64,000 bases of DNA from Paramoeba atlantica (Eukaryota > Protista > Discosea), in the NCBI GenBank assembly GCA_977017575.1, contig CDRNVI010000011.1, positions 1-64,000 of the forward strand, in the 5' to 3' direction. Position numbers and translations under genes: made by a program. A model generated the notes under the pieces. That model worked only from the letters and a program-made list of their open reading frames with translations, was not told the origin of the DNA and made no database searches. Shown here one piece after another: positions 61,926 through 64,000 of this stretch (positions are counted from its first letter, which is position 1; every line of letters starts with the position of its first letter).

Positions 61926-64000
61926 ATGGTGCACAGTATAGCGCCTGGAAAAGACTCGCTTGTGAGAACAGCCATAAAAGGAATAGTGGCAGCCGTCGGA
62001 GTCGTAGTTTCCTCTTTTGTGTACCGTCATCTGTGCTGGAAAAAAGGAATAGAATCTCCTGCAAAGAATATGCCAGAGTTCACAGAAATATATATTTGGT
62101 ATGCCTCGCATGGCGGAACTGCACGTCGCGTTGCCGTACAACTTGCTGAGAAAATGAAGGAGAACTTTAGAAGTTATTTTGTGTCTAAGCTATCTGAGGA
62201 CTATACCCCGCCGGAGTGCAAAGTCCTATCGATTGAAAACTTTGATGTGGAATCTATGACCGGCTCCTCTGTGCTAATCGCTCCAAATACGAAGTCACAA
62301 AACGGGTGCACTAATTCAGCATGTACGTGCCAGGAAAGCTCATCGAATGCGAGAACGGATCCTAATGCAACACCCAGATGTTCTGAACACGATTCCACAT
62401 ATGAAGTTCACTCGCTGCGGTCGAAATCCCGTGTTACGTTTAACATATTTGTTGTCTCGACTTACGAAAATGGAGAAGCCCCTCCGACGGGGAAACTATT
62501 TTATGAAGTGCTTACAGATGCCACGCGTGACTTTAGATTGCCGGCCAATGCATGGAATTCTACGTATTTCGCTGTATTCGGGTGTGGATCAAGAGTTTAC
62601 GGAAACAATTACAACGCGTTTGCCAAGAAAGCATTTTCTATGCTTCCGAAGAAGGGTGCTCTACCACTACTCAGTGCTCCATTTCTTTCTGATGAAACAT
62701 CTACCGATGAAGATGCACTGCAGTTTTTACGTGGGATTATGAATGCACTTGGAATTTCACAGCCTGTGGTTGGGAAATCTGACAGCTCACTACTAGACGT
62801 AAATTCTCCTGTTGATGCAGAAACCGAAGACTCGGATGACAATGAAGAATACGAGGAACGAAAATCCTCTGAGTTGGACATTGAGGACATGGTGGGTGAG
62901 AAGGAAACGTCGGAAATGATCAATCCAAGAATTCGAGCAGGATTAACCAAGCAAGGGTACTCACTCTTTGGTACGCACAGTGGTGTAAAACTCTGTCGAT
63001 GGACCAAATCAATGCTTCGCGGACGTGGGGGATGTTACAAGCACACGTTCTACGGAATCTCCTCCCTCTCGTGTATGGAGATGACTCCCTCGCTGGCATG
63101 TGCGAACAAATGTGTCTTTTGCTGGCGTCATCACACCAACCCGACCGCCCGAGAATGGAAATGGAAACACGACAAACCGAGCTTCCTGTTGGACAGTGCT
63201 CTACAGAATCATCGCCGTATGATTAAAATACTTAAAGGGGCACCAGGGGTAACGCCAGAGCGAATGCAACAAGCGATGAAAATTCGGCACTGCGCGTTGT
63301 CTCTCGTCGGGGAGCCCATTATTTACCCCGAGATTAACACGCTGGTGCAAATGATGCATGAAAATGGAATTAGCACTTTTATGGTAACGAATGCACAATT
63401 TCCTGACTGTATTGAACGCCTTACCCCAGTGACGCAACTGTATGTGTCGGTTGATGCCGGTAACAAAACCTCACTCAAGAAGATTGACCGCCCTATTTTC
63501 GAGGACTTTTGGGAGAGGTTTCTTAGCAGTCTTAAAATTTTAGCCGACAAAAAGCAGCGCACGGTATACCGATTGACTCTAGTCAAACAGTACAACACCC
63601 AGGAGCTTGGTGACTACGCCTCACTGGTGGCGGTCGGACGTCCAGATTTTATCGAGGTCAAGGGAGTGACTTATTGTGGGGACTCCGGAGCGGGTGGAGT
63701 ATCCATGGCAAACGTGCCTTATCACGAGGAGGTGATAGAATTCTGCAAGCTGCTGCAAGAGAAAATTGGGCAGAATTATCTTATTGCATGTGAGCATGAA
63801 CATTCCTGTTGTGTTTTGCTGGCCAAGCGGGAGTACTTGATAGAAGGCGTATGGCACACTTGGATTGATTATGACAAGTTTTATAATCTTGCGTTGGGGT
63901 CCGAACCGTTCACTTCTATGGACTACGCTGCCCCAACTCCGACTTGGGCCGTCTATGGGGCCTCTGAAAAAGGTTTTGATCCACTTGAAGTAAGACATCG
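61926..64000 (+). CDS. TYW1: tRNA wybutosine synthesis protein TYW1 (flavodoxin + radical SAM), 3'-truncated by the window edge
   Basis: Translated by hand from ATG 61926 into the radical SAM domain: TM anchor, YASHGGTA, FAVFGCGS, HSGVKLCRWTKSMLRGRGGCYKHTFYGI, TPSLACANKCVFCWRH; no terminal stop seen before the window end. Confidence 0.93.
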   Translation, partial: MVHSIAPGKDSLVRTAIKGIVAAVGVVVSSFVYRHLCWKKGIESPAKNMPEFTEIYIWYASHGGTARRVAVQLAEKMKENFRSYFVSKLSEDYTPPECKVLSIENFDVESMTGSSVLIAPNTKSQNGCTNSACTCQESSSNARTDPNATPRCSEHDSTYEVHSLRSKSRVTFNIFVVSTYENGEAPPTGKLFYEVLTDATRDFRLPANAWNSTYFAVFGCGSRVYGNNYNAFAKKAFSMLPKKGALPLLSAPFLSDETSTDEDALQFLRGIMNALGISQPVVGKSDSSLLDVNSPVDAETEDSDDNEEYEERKSSELDIEDMVGEKETSEMINPRIRAGLTKQGYSLFGTHSGVKLCRWTKSMLRGRGGCYKHTFYGISSLSCMEMTPSLACANKCVFCWRHHTNPTAREWKWKHDKPSFLLDSALQNHRRMIKILKGAPGVTPERMQQAMKIRHCALSLVGEPIIYPEINTLVQMMHENGISTFMVTNAQFPDCIERLTPVTQLYVSVDAGNKTSLKKIDRPIFEDFWERFLSSLKILADKKQRTVYRLTLVKQYNTQELGDYASLVAVGRPDFIEVKGVTYCGDSGAGGVSMANVPYHEEVIEFCKLLQEKIGQNYLIACEHEHSCCVLLAKREYLIEGVWHTWIDYDKFYNLALGSEPFTSMDYAAPTPTWAVYGASEKGFDPLEVRH

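Noticed and set aside
61896-63998. Apparent fragmentation of the terminal gene into short ORFs in the supplied track
   Set aside because: Manual translation from 61926 gives a continuous TYW1 frame; it was probably omitted because it has no stop inside the window
11657-64000. Stop-codon reassignment (Blastocrithidia-like) or cis-spliced introns
   Set aside because: Conserved genes read through in the standard code without in-frame stops or intron-sized gaps; the only breaks are single frameshifts

Overview
Eukaryotic, intron-less, kinetoplastid-type DNA, probably from an early-branching lineage such as a Perkinsela/Ichthyobodo/bodonid relative. This is inferred from the spliced-leader gene, the kinetoplastid-type 5S rRNA, a PFK ending in the glycosomal signal -SKL and one-strand gene clustering. 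Bases 1-7283 are the end of a tandem array (units of about 2.6-2.9 kb). Each unit carries a 5S rRNA gene (-), two degenerate tRNA-like A/B-box elements (-), one or two spliced-leader (SL) RNA genes (+) and, in the two complete units, a (GA)n tract, a long hairpin and a 20-bp minisatellite. The array abuts a minus-strand block (7.3-11.4 kb): a frameshifted PIF/Harbinger/ISL2EU-type DDE transposase, a multi-zinc-ribbon ORF, an unidentified ~280-nt highly structured RNA with a tRNA-like Pol III leader, a perfect 52-bp palindrome, a MITE end and a bacterial IS30-type transposase relic. From 11.6 kb to the end, about 27 protein genes all lie on the + strand (polycistronic-type cluster): GDP-mannose pyrophosphorylase, pantothenate kinase, MPP-alpha, AHA1, CstF64, URB1-like, RNase H2A, EF-G2, Msp1, TOP3B, DCP1-like, eIF4E-like, RPL17, m-AAA protease, glycosomal PFK, partial TYW1, three LRR proteins and five proteins sharing a repeated C-x2-H-x3-R...C-x5-C finger. 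A TA-flanked MITE and two RLE-type non-LTR retrotransposon relics lie at 39-43 kb. Most unusual: recurrent sharp C-rich to G-rich strand-skew switches inside genes, the unidentified structured RNA cassette, the divergent tRNA-like element about 95 bp upstream of each SL gene, and the CHCC-type finger family.
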